A model generated the notes under the pieces. That model worked only from the letters and a program-made list of their open reading frames with translations. It was not told the DNA's origin and searched no databases. Shown here piece by piece: positions 29,743 to 39,628 of a stretch of DNA of 64,000 nucleotides. Position numbers and translations under genes: made by a program. Every line of letters begins with the position of its first letter. Position 1 is the first letter of the stretch. The stretch covers positions 148,773 to 212,772 of the forward strand of contig JBEPZY010000003.1 of NCBI GenBank assembly GCA_041640595.1. Direction: 5' to 3'. The DNA is from Gemmatales bacterium. Its GTDB lineage: Bacteria; Planctomycetota; Planctomycetia; Gemmatales; HRBIN36.

Positions 29743-31068
29743 CTAGCCCACCAGTTCCCGGACCGGTTTGCCTGTTGGCACCAGCTCAATGGGTCGGCCA
29801 TCGTAAGAGCGGTACCAGCGGTCTAAAGGCACACCCAGGGCGTAGTAAATCGTAGCGGCCAGGTCCTGAGGCGTTACCGGGCTATCCACAATGTATTCGC
29901 CCAGAGCATTGGTGCGACCGACGATGACTCCGGTCTTCACTCCACCGCCGCCGATGCAAACCACCGAGGCAGTTCCCCAGTGATCACGCCCTGCCGATGA
30001 ATTGATTTTCGGTGTCCGGCCAAAATCGCCCATCCAGACCACCAGCGTACTGTCCAACAGCCCGCGTGCTTTCAGGTCACGCAGCAGGGCTGAGTAACCC
30101 TGGTCAATACGCGGCAGCAATCGCTCCTTCAAGCTGCGGAAGTTGTTCTGATGCGTATCCCAGCCGCCATCGGTGATGGTGACGAAATGCACCCCCGCCT
30201 CGATGAGCCGACGTGCCAGCAGGCACGACTGCCCAAAGGTGTTCCGCCCGTATTCATCGCGGAGCTTGTCCGGTTCCTGGCTCAGATCAAATGCCTTCTT
30301 GGCGGCCGGTGAGGTGATCAGACTGAACGCCTTCTCCCAGAACGCATCGCGGGTCTGTACCACGCCTGCTGCTTCTTCCTGCACCTGGCGCTGGAACTGT
30401 TCCAGAGTTTGCAGCATTCGCTGTCGGCGGGTCAAACGTTGCTCATCCAGACCGGGTGGCGGCGTCAAATCGCGAACGCGGAAATTCGGAGAATTCGGGT
30501 CCTCCAGCACTTCAAACGGGTTGTACTGGTCGCCGAGAAATCCGGCGATCCCGCCTCCAAATCGCCTGTCCACGTACCGATTCAACTGCACAAACGGGAA
30601 CATGCCATTCTTGTAGCCCCGCTCTTTCGCAATGACCGAACCGTAGCACGGATAAATCAGAGACGGATTGAATCGATGCCCGGACATCATCAGATGGTCG
30701 GCCACGCCGTGGCTGGAGTTTTGCGGGTCGCAGCTGCGAATCACACTGAACTTGTCCAATTCTCTGGCCAGCTTCGGCAGATGTTCGCAGAACTTTACAC
30801 CGGGGATGGTCGTATCCACCACGCCAAATTCGCCGCGAATCTCCGGCGGTGCCTCCGGTTTTGGATCGAACGTGTCAATATGACTGGGGCCTCCCTGCAT
30901 CCACATGAGAATGCAGCTGACCGTCTTGCGGTCGCGCCCGCCCTGGGCCTGAGCACGCAGCCATTCCGGGAGCGTCAACGCGAACGCCGACAGGCCGCCA
31001 ATCTCCAGAAACTGACGACGATTCAGCAGTTCGCAATCCCGCGTTGTTCCGACCGGCAACTTCAGCAT
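29743..31068 (-). CDS. DUF1501 family protein
   Basis: NRRQFL Tat-like motif; GGPSHIDTFDPKP, CLLARRLIEAGV, WDTH, FGRTP and GRDHW motifs. Confidence 0.92.
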   Translation of the reverse strand: MLKLPVGTTRDCELLNRRQFLEIGGLSAFALTLPEWLRAQAQGGRDRKTVSCILMWMQGGPSHIDTFDPKPEAPPEIRGEFGVVDTTIPGVKFCEHLPKLARELDKFSVIRSCDPQNSSHGVADHLMMSGHRFNPSLIYPCYGSVIAKERGYKNGMFPFVQLNRYVDRRFGGGIAGFLGDQYNPFEVLEDPNSPNFRVRDLTPPPGLDEQRLTRRQRMLQTLEQFQRQVQEEAAGVVQTRDAFWEKAFSLITSPAAKKAFDLSQEPDKLRDEYGRNTFGQSCLLARRLIEAGVHFVTITDGGWDTHQNNFRSLKERLLPRIDQGYSALLRDLKARGLLDSTLVVWMGDFGRTPKINSSAGRDHWGTASVVCIGGGGVKTGVIVGRTNALGEYIVDSPVTPQDLAATIYYALGVPLDRWYRSYDGRPIELVPTGKPVRELVG

Positions 31069-31687
31069 GGCAGGTCTCCTCTGGCAGGTCTATTGCGGTG
31101 GGAAATAGTTGGCAGGCTACTGCAATTATAATAATCGCCCGTTTGAGCGTCCAGAGAAAAAAGTTTCCGCACGCCTCCGTTGGCAAATCACTTTTCACAT
31201 GCTGACCCTGGCAATGTTCCAAGCCGCACCACCCTTCGTTTCCGTCCCTGCCTTCGGTCTTAAACAACGGCTTCCGGAAAGTCACAGGCCCAGTTTGGCC
31301 AGGCGTTACCGAACGTCCATCAGGCTCAGCCAGTTGGCCACCAGATACGTTTGCAACCCGGGGGCCGGCTTTCGTCCACGCTCAACGTCCCTGGCAGCGG
31401 CGACTATGTCCTTGTTAGTAATCGCCACGGCGTTGGTGCCGATTTCGTCCACGCTCAAAACACATGGCAGGAGCAAGCCTCGCGCGCTCTGGCTTACGTC
31501 CAGCTATCCGGATCACCGGCTATCCGCAACCTGAAGGGACTGCCCGGCGACGATGAGTGTTGCAGCCCGACTTTCCGATTACCTGATAACCAGATGCAGG
31601 CGTAGCGGTGCCCCGTAACCAGCACACGGTCGGCTCGGCCAACTTTTGCAAACGTCCTCCGGTGCAGGTGAAAACTTGTACCGAGCT

Positions 31688-32119
31688 TCAAGCCACTGTC
31701 CCAAGCCCGATTCCCACGCTGTCCAGCCCGGGAATCGCTCCTGTTCGCTCTAAACTGACAGCCTCGGGTCGAATGGCCTGGAAAGCCTCGAATAACGTCC
31801 GCAATACTTGCAAGGCACCAGCAAGTGAGTCCACCCGGCGTTGTTCCAGAACGTGCAGCACAAACTCGTACAAACGCCAGCATAACCAGCCCGGCTCGCT
31901 GCTTTCGGGATACACGCCACTAAGCAACGCGCCCACCAGCAACCGCCCACGTTGCCATAATGCTTCCGTTTGGGCTTCGCGTTGTGCCTGATCGCCCTGC
32001 CCTGCGACTGTCTGCTGCAAGGTTTCCAGCACGCGGATAGTTTCTTCCAGAAGAGCCAGCAGCATGTCTATGCGTGTCCACTGAAACGGTGCCTGTTGCG
32101 TCCATTGATAGCTGACCAT
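31688..32119 (-). CDS. fliS: FliS-like flagellin chaperone
   Basis: WTRIDMLLALL and RLYEF helical bundle; immediately downstream of fliD. Confidence 0.65.
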   Translation of the reverse strand: MVSYQWTQQAPFQWTRIDMLLALLEETIRVLETLQQTVAGQGDQAQREAQTEALWQRGRLLVGALLSGVYPESSEPGWLCWRLYEFVLHVLEQRRVDSLAGALQVLRTLFEAFQAIRPEAVSLERTGAIPGLDSVGIGLGTVA

Positions 32120-32139
32120 GGCTTGCTCCCGCACCGCTG

Positions 32140-34461
32140 CTAGCGCCGATTGAATGGCGAATTCGTGTTCGATAGTGCCTGAAATTGCATGCTTAGCATG
32201 TCGCCAATTCCTCTAAGCTGAGATACCATATTTTCCAGCGCACGAAATTTCTTTTGCAAGGAATCCCGTTGCTCGTTTATCAACTGGTTGAGCCGGTCTA
32301 TACTATCCTGCAGCCGTTGCGCCTCCGTATCTAATGCCTGCTTGCCGCTGGCTAGAACCCCTGCTTGAGCGTCCAGCACCTGGCTTATATAACGGTCTAA
32401 TCTTGCCGCCACCCCGCGTGTCACAATCAATTCACCTTCCGCTCCGGTGACCAGTTGCGAACTGCTCAAGGTTACTCGCACCTGTAAACCGGAAGTATAG
32501 CGGTTTTGATCGTCTCCGATTAACAGTTGCCCGAAACCGCGAGCCGATTCTCTTTGCCCGTTGACGATAAACTCTCCGGCAACATCCTGTCCCAGGGCAC
32601 GCTGTCCGGAGGTAAATCCTAATGTTCCCAAAGCCGAACCGCCTGCCATCTCAATTTCCGAGCGTACCCCGTAACTCTGCGAACGTATCCGCAACCGATC
32701 CCCTTCCACTGTCACCGTAACCTGCCTGCCATTCTCAGCCGCTAAGCTATTGATGCGACTTTGCAATTCCTCGGCCAGCTGCTGACGTGTATAGTTACCC
32801 GGCGTCAGGCTTATATCGTATAACTGACCGTCCACTCTGACAGTTAGCTGGTTATTGCTGTTGTCTATGGCCGTGGTGCTCGCTAAAGCACTGGTGGCCA
32901 GCAGGGACGCTTGTTGCGCCGCTTGCGTAATGTCCACCCGAATCGGTATTCCGCTACCATCCGTCTGAGTGCTGCCCACCAAGAATCGAATCCCTTCGTT
33001 AGAGGATTGGCCGGTAAAAGCAAACAGACGCTTGACATCCTCGATGGTAACACCGGGAACTTCGCCACTGAGCACGCTATCCAGGCGGCTGGTGCTTAGT
33101 GTAAGTGTTCCCTGGTCTGTGATGCTAATGCCTGCAGCACTAAGCCTGTTCATTCGGCTTGGCAGTCCGGGGATGACATCGGTAACCAGTCGTCGCAACT
33201 CATCTTGAATTTGCGTAACCGTTCGGTTCGCAAACAAGGGCCCAGCTTGTTGCGTCTTAGCGTTATAGGCAGTCTGCTGGTTCAAATACGTCATCAGGTC
33301 GTTATATTTTTGCACAAACTGATTGATGGCTTCCCGTATTTTCTCCGTATCATTAGCGATAGTTAGTTGCACCGTGCGGTTAGTATCCGCACCCTGGACC
33401 ACTACGGTAACACCGGGGAAAAGATCGGTAAAACGATTGCTATCGGACTGAATAGTCAGGGCTCCAGGCCCGGAACCGATCCGGATAGCGGCGCTGGTAG
33501 GGGTCTGGATTTCCGGAGCGAAGACGTCTATGGTAAACTTGTCGCCGCTATTGAGGGTTCCCGCAGAAAAGCTCACCTGCACGCCTTCGGCTACGGTTTT
33601 ATAAACGCCGGCATCGCCCGGATTCAATGTTAGCGTACCGGCCTGGGTGCCAGTGCTATCTTCATAATGGACAGTTATCGTGTCGGAACCAACAGTGCCT
33701 CCGCTAATCACCGTCAGGGTATAGGATTTCGAAACTGAGCCTGTATAAGCTCCAGCGCCGCGGTTCGTGCTAGCTACAGATGTGCCAGTATTCGATGTGG
33801 CCGCAAATGCGTTCCCAATATAGGTGCTATCGAAAACCGGTTTCGTTGCTGAGCCGGTGTCGCTGCCAAGGTTATTAGTGATGCGAATCGTGTTAGCGGC
33901 ACCGGCATTCTTAGCGGATAGCAACAGCCGGTATGGCTGCGTGGATGAACCATCGTGAATCACCGTAGCCGTAACATTCGCATTAGCGGCATTGATGGCA
34001 TTGGCGAGTCCTTGCAGGGTGTTATTGGTACTATCAATGGTAATGCTTACGGGATTGCTGTTCCCCACCTGAATCTGCAGGGTGCCTGTGGTGATCAGGC
34101 TGTCCGGCGAATCGTAACCCTGAGAGGCAATTTGATGGGGACGAGCAGTGCTTAGAACCTGGAATGAATAGACACCGGGTGCAGCCTGGCTTGTCGCGGT
34201 AGCGGTAACCAGATCGGGGAAATTGACCAGTACTTTTCGGCCGTCGAAAACGCTGTTTTGCGATCGGGCGAGAGAAAACAGACTATCCTGCAGAGCCCGG
34301 AGACGATTGGCAACCTCGTTTAGTGCAGCTTGCCGAATCGCGACTTCGTCTTTGCGAGCCGATAACGTTTCCACCCGCCGCTTCTGAATTGCTAACAGTC
34401 CTTCCAGAATTTTATCGGTGTCAATACCGGTGATTAGTCCAGTAAAGTTGATGCTGGCCAT
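32140..34461 (-). CDS. fliD: flagellar filament cap protein FliD
   Basis: INFTGLITGID N-terminus, TLQGLANAIN, FVQKYNDL, C-terminal KKFRALE coiled coil. Confidence 0.92.
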   Translation of the reverse strand: MASINFTGLITGIDTDKILEGLLAIQKRRVETLSARKDEVAIRQAALNEVANRLRALQDSLFSLARSQNSVFDGRKVLVNFPDLVTATATSQAAPGVYSFQVLSTARPHQIASQGYDSPDSLITTGTLQIQVGNSNPVSITIDSTNNTLQGLANAINAANANVTATVIHDGSSTQPYRLLLSAKNAGAANTIRITNNLGSDTGSATKPVFDSTYIGNAFAATSNTGTSVASTNRGAGAYTGSVSKSYTLTVISGGTVGSDTITVHYEDSTGTQAGTLTLNPGDAGVYKTVAEGVQVSFSAGTLNSGDKFTIDVFAPEIQTPTSAAIRIGSGPGALTIQSDSNRFTDLFPGVTVVVQGADTNRTVQLTIANDTEKIREAINQFVQKYNDLMTYLNQQTAYNAKTQQAGPLFANRTVTQIQDELRRLVTDVIPGLPSRMNRLSAAGISITDQGTLTLSTSRLDSVLSGEVPGVTIEDVKRLFAFTGQSSNEGIRFLVGSTQTDGSGIPIRVDITQAAQQASLLATSALASTTAIDNSNNQLTVRVDGQLYDISLTPGNYTRQQLAEELQSRINSLAAENGRQVTVTVEGDRLRIRSQSYGVRSEIEMAGGSALGTLGFTSGQRALGQDVAGEFIVNGQRESARGFGQLLIGDDQNRYTSGLQVRVTLSSSQLVTGAEGELIVTRGVAARLDRYISQVLDAQAGVLASGKQALDTEAQRLQDSIDRLNQLINEQRDSLQKKFRALENMVSQLRGIGDMLSMQFQALSNTNSPFNRR

Positions 34462-34527
34462 TTTGGCATCCCATTGCCGGTATGGGGAAATTCATTCAGC
34501 TATTGACGGCGACTTCGTATAAGGCAA

Positions 34528-34553
34528 GGGAGTGGAGAGGGATCTCCACTCCC
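34528..34553 (-). terminator. 11-bp stem hairpin between fliC and fliD (terminator, attenuator or mRNA stabiliser)
   Basis: GGGAGTGGAGA-GGGA-TCTCCACTCCC perfect inverted repeat, with only a short U-tract on the minus strand. Confidence 0.6.
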
Positions 34554-34633
34554 ATAGCGAAATCTTCAGGCACCACTAAGCGAGCTGGCTATAGACCTGG
34601 ACTTAGAGGTGGAGCTTAGGGTTCCAGGTGAGC

Positions 34634-36052
34634 TTAGCGCTGTAGCAGAGCCAGGACGAGTTGTGGTACTTGATTGGCGTTGCTCAGCACACTCACGCCA
34701 GCTTGCAAGAGGATTTGCTGTTTGGTGAAGTTAGCAATTTCCTGGGCATAATCGGTATCGCGGATAGTAGATTCCGCCGCCACCGTGTTTTCCAGGGTGG
34801 CCCGCAGGTTGTTTGCGGTAGCTTCAAGGGCATTCTTCTGGAAAGCACCTAAAGTGCCGCGAAGATTAGAGACGTCGTCAATAGCCTGATCAATGACCTT
34901 GATGGAGTCGGTAGCTCCGCTGGCGGTCTGAACGTTGATCTGACTGAGATTGCTAAACTGAGATCCCGCAACGTTGAGGCCGAGAGCCGAGGTGGACACA
35001 TTGTCAATCGCGACTTTAGCAGTCTGCCCCGCATTCGGACCGATCTGGAATTGCAGGGAATTGTCCACTACGGTGACCGTTCCTATGGAGCCGCTAAAGC
35101 TGTTGCCGACCAGGTTACTCGCAGCAGTATCCGTCTTGACAGCAACACTAAGTCCCTTAGCACCGCCCGAGACGGCGGTAAGGACGTTGCCGACGCCAGT
35201 CGCCGTTAGGCCACCGATGGTACCAGCAATGTCCACGCCCGTGTCGGTCTGAATCGAGGTGGTGAACCCGGCGCCGGTACCGGTAGAAACTACGCTCAGT
35301 TTTGCCGCCGAGCCGAATTGCAGCGTGCGTAAAACTATCTTGCTGTTAGTGGAGTCGTCCACCGCTTCTACGCCGGTTTGATTCTTGTACTGGTTGATGC
35401 GTGCGATAATGGCAGCGCGATCCATGCCGGCAGTCAGAGTGATGTTAACTCCGTTGATCGTAAGAGTTTCGTCAGCGCTCAGGGTACCAGTGACAGCTGC
35501 GGAAGTAATATTCGCTCGCTCGGCGGCAGTGGTAACGTTAACGGTGTAGGTGCCGGCTTGCGTATCGCTGGTGCCACGCAGGAAGGTCATCTTATTGACG
35601 TCGCTTACCGACCCGGAAACACCGGCGGTGCCATCGAGCAGCTTCTTAGTGCCGAACTGTGTGTTAGCAGCGATACGGTCAATCGTGGCAAGAATGTTAC
35701 GGATTTCGGCCTGGTTGGCAGCGAGGGCATCGTCGTCATTGACACCGGAGTTGGCGGAATCGAGAGCGAGGCTGCGTGCCTTGAGCAGCAGGCGGTTAAT
35801 TTCGTCGAGCGCGCCTTCTGCAGTTTGTACAAGCGAGACGGCTTTGCTGGCGTTATCAATCGCGGTTTGCAAGCCTGCGATTTGGGCCCGTTGCTGCTCG
35901 CTAATGACGAGTGCGGCCGGGCCATCGGCACCGCGATTGATCTTGAGGCCCGAAGACAGTCGCTCCAACGAGCGCTGCAGAGCCGACGAGGTGCGCTGCA
36001 GGTTGTTCTGACCGGTCAGCGACGCGACGTTGTTGGTGATGACCAGAGCCAT
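34634..36052 (-). CDS. fliC: flagellin
   Basis: LERLSSGLKINRGAD, QTAEGAL, FQIGPN, RGTLGAFQ and ESTIRDTDYAQE conserved termini. Confidence 0.97.
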   Translation of the reverse strand: MALVITNNVASLTGQNNLQRTSSALQRSLERLSSGLKINRGADGPAALVISEQQRAQIAGLQTAIDNASKAVSLVQTAEGALDEINRLLLKARSLALDSANSGVNDDDALAANQAEIRNILATIDRIAANTQFGTKKLLDGTAGVSGSVSDVNKMTFLRGTSDTQAGTYTVNVTTAAERANITSAAVTGTLSADETLTINGVNITLTAGMDRAAIIARINQYKNQTGVEAVDDSTNSKIVLRTLQFGSAAKLSVVSTGTGAGFTTSIQTDTGVDIAGTIGGLTATGVGNVLTAVSGGAKGLSVAVKTDTAASNLVGNSFSGSIGTVTVVDNSLQFQIGPNAGQTAKVAIDNVSTSALGLNVAGSQFSNLSQINVQTASGATDSIKVIDQAIDDVSNLRGTLGAFQKNALEATANNLRATLENTVAAESTIRDTDYAQEIANFTKQQILLQAGVSVLSNANQVPQLVLALLQR

Positions 36053-36110
36053 GGGTGCATCTCCTCCCGTTGGTGCGCTGGGTAGCTGATGGTTTCATCC
36101 GCTAATGTCG

Positions 36111-36136
36111 TTATCGGGGATGTTGTCGAAAATTTG
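36111..36136 (-). promoter_or_regulatory. putative sigma-28 promoter of fliC
   Basis: Minus strand CAAATTTTCGACAACATCCCCGATAA; the -10 resembles GCCGATAA and lies ~60 bp upstream of the start. Confidence 0.6.
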
Positions 36137-36195
36137 CTTAGACCTTGCTTATTGTGGGGAGGAAAATTAGACGGGGAGTAAGGGATGGAGGGGAT

Positions 36196-36519
36196 TTAGC
36201 GATCGGTTGACATATCATGTTCGGCGGGCAAGCCGGCAAGCCAATCGAAACTGTCGGCTAAGTGCTCGGCCGCCGCTTTTACTAGCGATTCGGAATCATA
36301 GTAACCTTCTGCGAGGCGCTGGCGAATGATGGTCAAGAGCTGACCACGCTCGGAAGGGACCTCCGCCAGATGAGCCAGCAGGCTAGCCAGTTCGGTCAAT
36401 TCCACCGTTTCGGTGGCAGACGGAGATTCGTTCGAGGCGACCGCACGCGCTAGTCCCTTCGCCGGACTGGCGGCGGAGGTTTTGCCGATACCTGGAATCG
36501 AATTGGGTTCGATTCGCAT
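36196..36519 (-). CDS. flgM: FlgM-like anti-sigma-28 factor
   Basis: ETVELT...ERGQLLTIIRQRLAEGYY matches the FlgM C-terminal pattern; directly upstream of fliC. Confidence 0.7.
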   Translation of the reverse strand: MRIEPNSIPGIGKTSAASPAKGLARAVASNESPSATETVELTELASLLAHLAEVPSERGQLLTIIRQRLAEGYYDSESLVKAAAEHLADSFDWLAGLPAEHDMSTDR

Positions 36520-36555
36520 GATTTCCAATGCCCCGATTTTGCTCCTCAACTGCCA

Positions 36556-36583
36556 TTATCGAACGCCGGGGCGGAAAATTGCC
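36556..36583 (-). promoter_or_regulatory. putative sigma-28-like promoter of flgM
   Basis: Minus strand GGCAATTTTCCGCCCCGGCGTTCGATAA, which parallels the fliC upstream motif (ATTTTC-N11/12-CGATAA). Confidence 0.45.
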
Positions 36584-36584
36584 T

Positions 36585-38219
36585 TCAGGAATGCAGATAA
36601 CTTTCATCCACAGCGTAATTGGCGAACTGGATGGTGTAGTGTTCCTCGAACCAGCGGCGAATATCCGGCAGTGTGTCGGGGTCATAATCGGGAGAGTTGT
36701 AAAAGGTGCGGCCAAAGATTTCCGCGCGAATTTCGCCGTCCTCCACGATCAGTTCGCCTGCTTTGAAGACGTAACGCGGATGGGCAAACATGTCGGTGAT
36801 GTTTGCTTGTGGCTGATATAGCGTAATGTCGGCATCTGCTCCAGGGCCCAGGTGGCCTTTATTTTTCAGGCCGAGGATTCGCGCTGGCGCTGCGCGGGTG
36901 ATAATGGCGATTTCGGTAAGCGAATATTGGCGCCGGAGATCGGCTAAGCGACAGCGTTGCGCCGCCTTTACGGGTACGCGCTTGAGCATTTCCTGGCGAT
37001 AACCAGCATCCATGAGCAAGTGGATGATTCGCGGGTATGCCAGAAAAGAAGCGCCGTTCGGATGATCGGTGCTCAGACAGATTCGCCACGGGTCTTCTGC
37101 GAGGAGAAACCATTCCAGACCGATGGCCCATTGAAGGGCGTGCACCAGACTTTTTTCGCGATAAGTAATCGGGACTATACCGCAGCCGGTCTCCATTTCG
37201 GTGTCGGCGTTGAACCACTTGCGGCCAGTGACGCGGTAAAGGTAATAACCCAGCGGGCCGTCTCCGGTCATCGAAGTGGTTTCGCCGAACATCACCTGGC
37301 CGACATCTACGCTGAGGTTGGGATGGCTGTTGAAGTATTCGATCAGCTTCGGGGCTTCGGAGCAGAAGGTGCGCTGATCGTCGGGGTCGCCGCCGTAACT
37401 GTGGAACTGAATGTGCGTGAGATGGGCCCGGCGACCTTCGAGACAACGCATGGTCTCCAGAGTGGTCGCCCAGTTGCCGGGCAAACCGAGATTATTGCAG
37501 TGGATATGCACTGGGTGCGGCAACTGTAAGTCCATCGCGACCTGGGCGAGGTTCTGGATGATCTGACGGGGAGTAACGCCGAAGGCGGGGACAGGATCGT
37601 CGAGGTTGGTGGCATTGCCGCCCGCTTGCTCTTTCCAAATCTCGACACCGCCGGGGTTGACGAGTTTGATGGCGTAAGCCTTGGCGGCACTGAGAAGCCA
37701 GGCAGCGAAGTCACGGAGTCGCTCGTAATTTCCGGCAGCGATCTGCCGCAACACGTAATGATTGTTGCCCATCAGGACGTAAAAGCCTTTATCCACGATG
37801 GGAGTGTCGGCCAGTTCCTCGTGGGCATGGCGAGCGCTGAGGGGAGGAACCGCGGCGTCGAAAACGGTAGTGTAGCCCATACCGGCATACAGGTAACCCG
37901 TGGCGAAGGTGCTGGGCACACTGCCACCGACACCGGAACGGGTAAAACGTGTCCGCCGAACCGGAGGAGCGAGACGGTGATCTTCGGGGCGCATTTTCCG
38001 AGCCGCGTTAACTTTCGGCCCGGCAATGTGCGCGTGGATGTCCACACCCCCCGGCATGACGATCAAACCGGTAGCATCGAATGTGCGGTCGGGGCGAAGC
38101 TGCGGATCGGTCGGCGGTGCGATGATGCGGCCATCCTGAATCCACAGGTCGCGGACTTCGCCGTGGATACCGTTGGCCGGGTCGTACACCGTTCCATTAG
38201 CGATGCGAATCAGAGACAT
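36585..38219 (-). CDS. fwdA: formylmethanofuran dehydrogenase subunit A / formyltransferase-hydrolase subunit A
   Basis: PGGVDIHAHIAG, IKLVNPGG, HIHCNNLG, THIQFHSYG and STDHPNG amidohydrolase motifs. Confidence 0.92.
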   Translation of the reverse strand: MSLIRIANGTVYDPANGIHGEVRDLWIQDGRIIAPPTDPQLRPDRTFDATGLIVMPGGVDIHAHIAGPKVNAARKMRPEDHRLAPPVRRTRFTRSGVGGSVPSTFATGYLYAGMGYTTVFDAAVPPLSARHAHEELADTPIVDKGFYVLMGNNHYVLRQIAAGNYERLRDFAAWLLSAAKAYAIKLVNPGGVEIWKEQAGGNATNLDDPVPAFGVTPRQIIQNLAQVAMDLQLPHPVHIHCNNLGLPGNWATTLETMRCLEGRRAHLTHIQFHSYGGDPDDQRTFCSEAPKLIEYFNSHPNLSVDVGQVMFGETTSMTGDGPLGYYLYRVTGRKWFNADTEMETGCGIVPITYREKSLVHALQWAIGLEWFLLAEDPWRICLSTDHPNGASFLAYPRIIHLLMDAGYRQEMLKRVPVKAAQRCRLADLRRQYSLTEIAIITRAAPARILGLKNKGHLGPGADADITLYQPQANITDMFAHPRYVFKAGELIVEDGEIRAEIFGRTFYNSPDYDPDTLPDIRRWFEEHYTIQFANYAVDESYLHS

Positions 38220-38291
38220 GGCGAATCAGCGTTGGTGCAATCGTTGCGTAGCAAGGCGAGTGGCGATTAGCGAATGGCGGATGGTTAGGAA

Positions 38292-38978
38292 TCAGCGTTC
38301 GCGGAACCGTTCCTCCTTCCACGGATCGCCGCGCATGTGGTAGCCACCGTTCTCCCAGCTTTCCCAGAAGCCGGGACGATCCTCGGCCAACAGTTCGATG
38401 CCGCGCACCCATTTGGCGCTTTTCCAGGCATACAGTCGCGGCACCACCAGGCGCAGCGGATAACCGTGGTCCGGCGTGAGCAGTTCGCCGTTGTGTTTCC
38501 ATGCGAACAGGCAGTCCTCGCCAAGAAAATCTTCGAGCGGCAGATTCGTGGTGAATCCGTGTTCGCAGTGCACCATCACGTAACGGGCCTGCGGCAGGAC
38601 ACGGACCTGCTCCAGCACCGTGCGTGTGCTGACACCTTCCCAGAGATTGCCGAGTTTGCTCCAGCGGGTGACGCAATGCATGTCGGCCAGGACACGGACA
38701 CGCGGTAACCGCAGAAATTCCTCGTAAGTGCATTCCCAGGGAGATTCCACGAGTCCGAAAATGCGAAAACGCCAGTTCGATAAGTCCACTTCCGGAACCG
38801 AGCCAGCATGCAGGACTGGCCATTTGCGGGTTTCCACTTGCCGTGGCGGTAAGCGTACCGGCCGATAGACATCAGGACTGATCAGCAGCGGCACACCGTC
38901 CGCGGGTAAGTTCTTCTGGATATCCTTCAGCAAGTCCTCGACCGAAGCCCGTGGGTCAGTCGGTCCCAATGCGGTCAT
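38292..38978 (-). CDS. sulfite oxidase-like molybdopterin oxidoreductase (YuiH/MsrP-related)
   Basis: DMHCVTRWS, HGYPLRLVVPRLYAWKSAKWV, GFWE and GYHMRGDPW motifs. Confidence 0.92.
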   Translation of the reverse strand: MTALGPTDPRASVEDLLKDIQKNLPADGVPLLISPDVYRPVRLPPRQVETRKWPVLHAGSVPEVDLSNWRFRIFGLVESPWECTYEEFLRLPRVRVLADMHCVTRWSKLGNLWEGVSTRTVLEQVRVLPQARYVMVHCEHGFTTNLPLEDFLGEDCLFAWKHNGELLTPDHGYPLRLVVPRLYAWKSAKWVRGIELLAEDRPGFWESWENGGYHMRGDPWKEERFRER

Positions 38979-39478
38979 GGGTTTTTCGCTCCCGTGGACA
39001 AAAGCTTTTCGACCAGGGCTCGCACTTCATCATAGCCGCCGACAAACCGCTTTGCGACCCGGCCATCCCGACCGAAAACGACGACCAGAGGCGGCCCGGA
39101 AATGTCCAGTTTTTTCGACCACGCTTCCTCCGGTTCGTCGAGGATAAAGTTCTGGAAATTCGCCCCGACTTTTTGCAGGAATGATTGCACCTGTTTGACC
39201 GTTTGTGCGTCTTTCGGATCGTCGAGGCTGACGGAGATGGCGACAAGTCCTTTGCTGGCCAGTTCACGATGCATCTGAACCAGATGCGGGAATTCCTCCT
39301 TGCAGCTGGCTCAGTAATCGGCCCAGAAATCCACGACGACAACTTTGCCCTGGTGTGCCTGGATGGCTTTGACCAGTTCGGGGAATTTTACCGTTTGCAC
39401 CGAGATGCCCGGGTTGGGTTCCGCCGCCAGCGCCAGGCTCACAAACACCGCCGCATTTGTCGTCAGCCACCACCGCAT
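38975..39478 (-). CDS. TlpA-like thioredoxin-fold selenoprotein (UxxC), 167 aa
   Basis: ATG at 39478 with AGGAG RBS. The frame reads ...GKVVVVDFWADY-TGA-ASCKEEFPHLV...AISVSLDD. The TGA (39311-39313) is exactly at the first Cys of CxxC, and the frame continues into the 38975-39274 ORF. Confidence 0.85.
39258..39310 (-). promoter_or_regulatory. putative bacterial SECIS element
   Basis: 3' of the UGA: lower stem GCCAG/CTGGC and upper stem GCATCTG-GTT-CAGATGC, with a G-first loop 30 nt after the UGA. Confidence 0.7.
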
Positions 39479-39628
39479 GTCATCTCCTTCTCTTCGAGTG
39501 CTGGGTGCCAGTTGCGACCCAATTGGAGTTCCACCGATGTCCGAATTGTGCTAATTTGTTACGCACTCTGGAAAAGCCAGGCCGATGGGCAGATTGCCCA
39601 CCGGGAGAAAGGGCTCGGAGTTCATGAT

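Noticed and set aside
31351..31605. Small CDS between DUF1501 and fliS
   Set aside because: TTG start without an RBS and no recognisable motif.
39185..39628. Long N-terminal extension of the dehydratase ORF
   Set aside because: It overlaps the antisense selenoprotein gene; the Rossmann motif starts just after ATG 39629.
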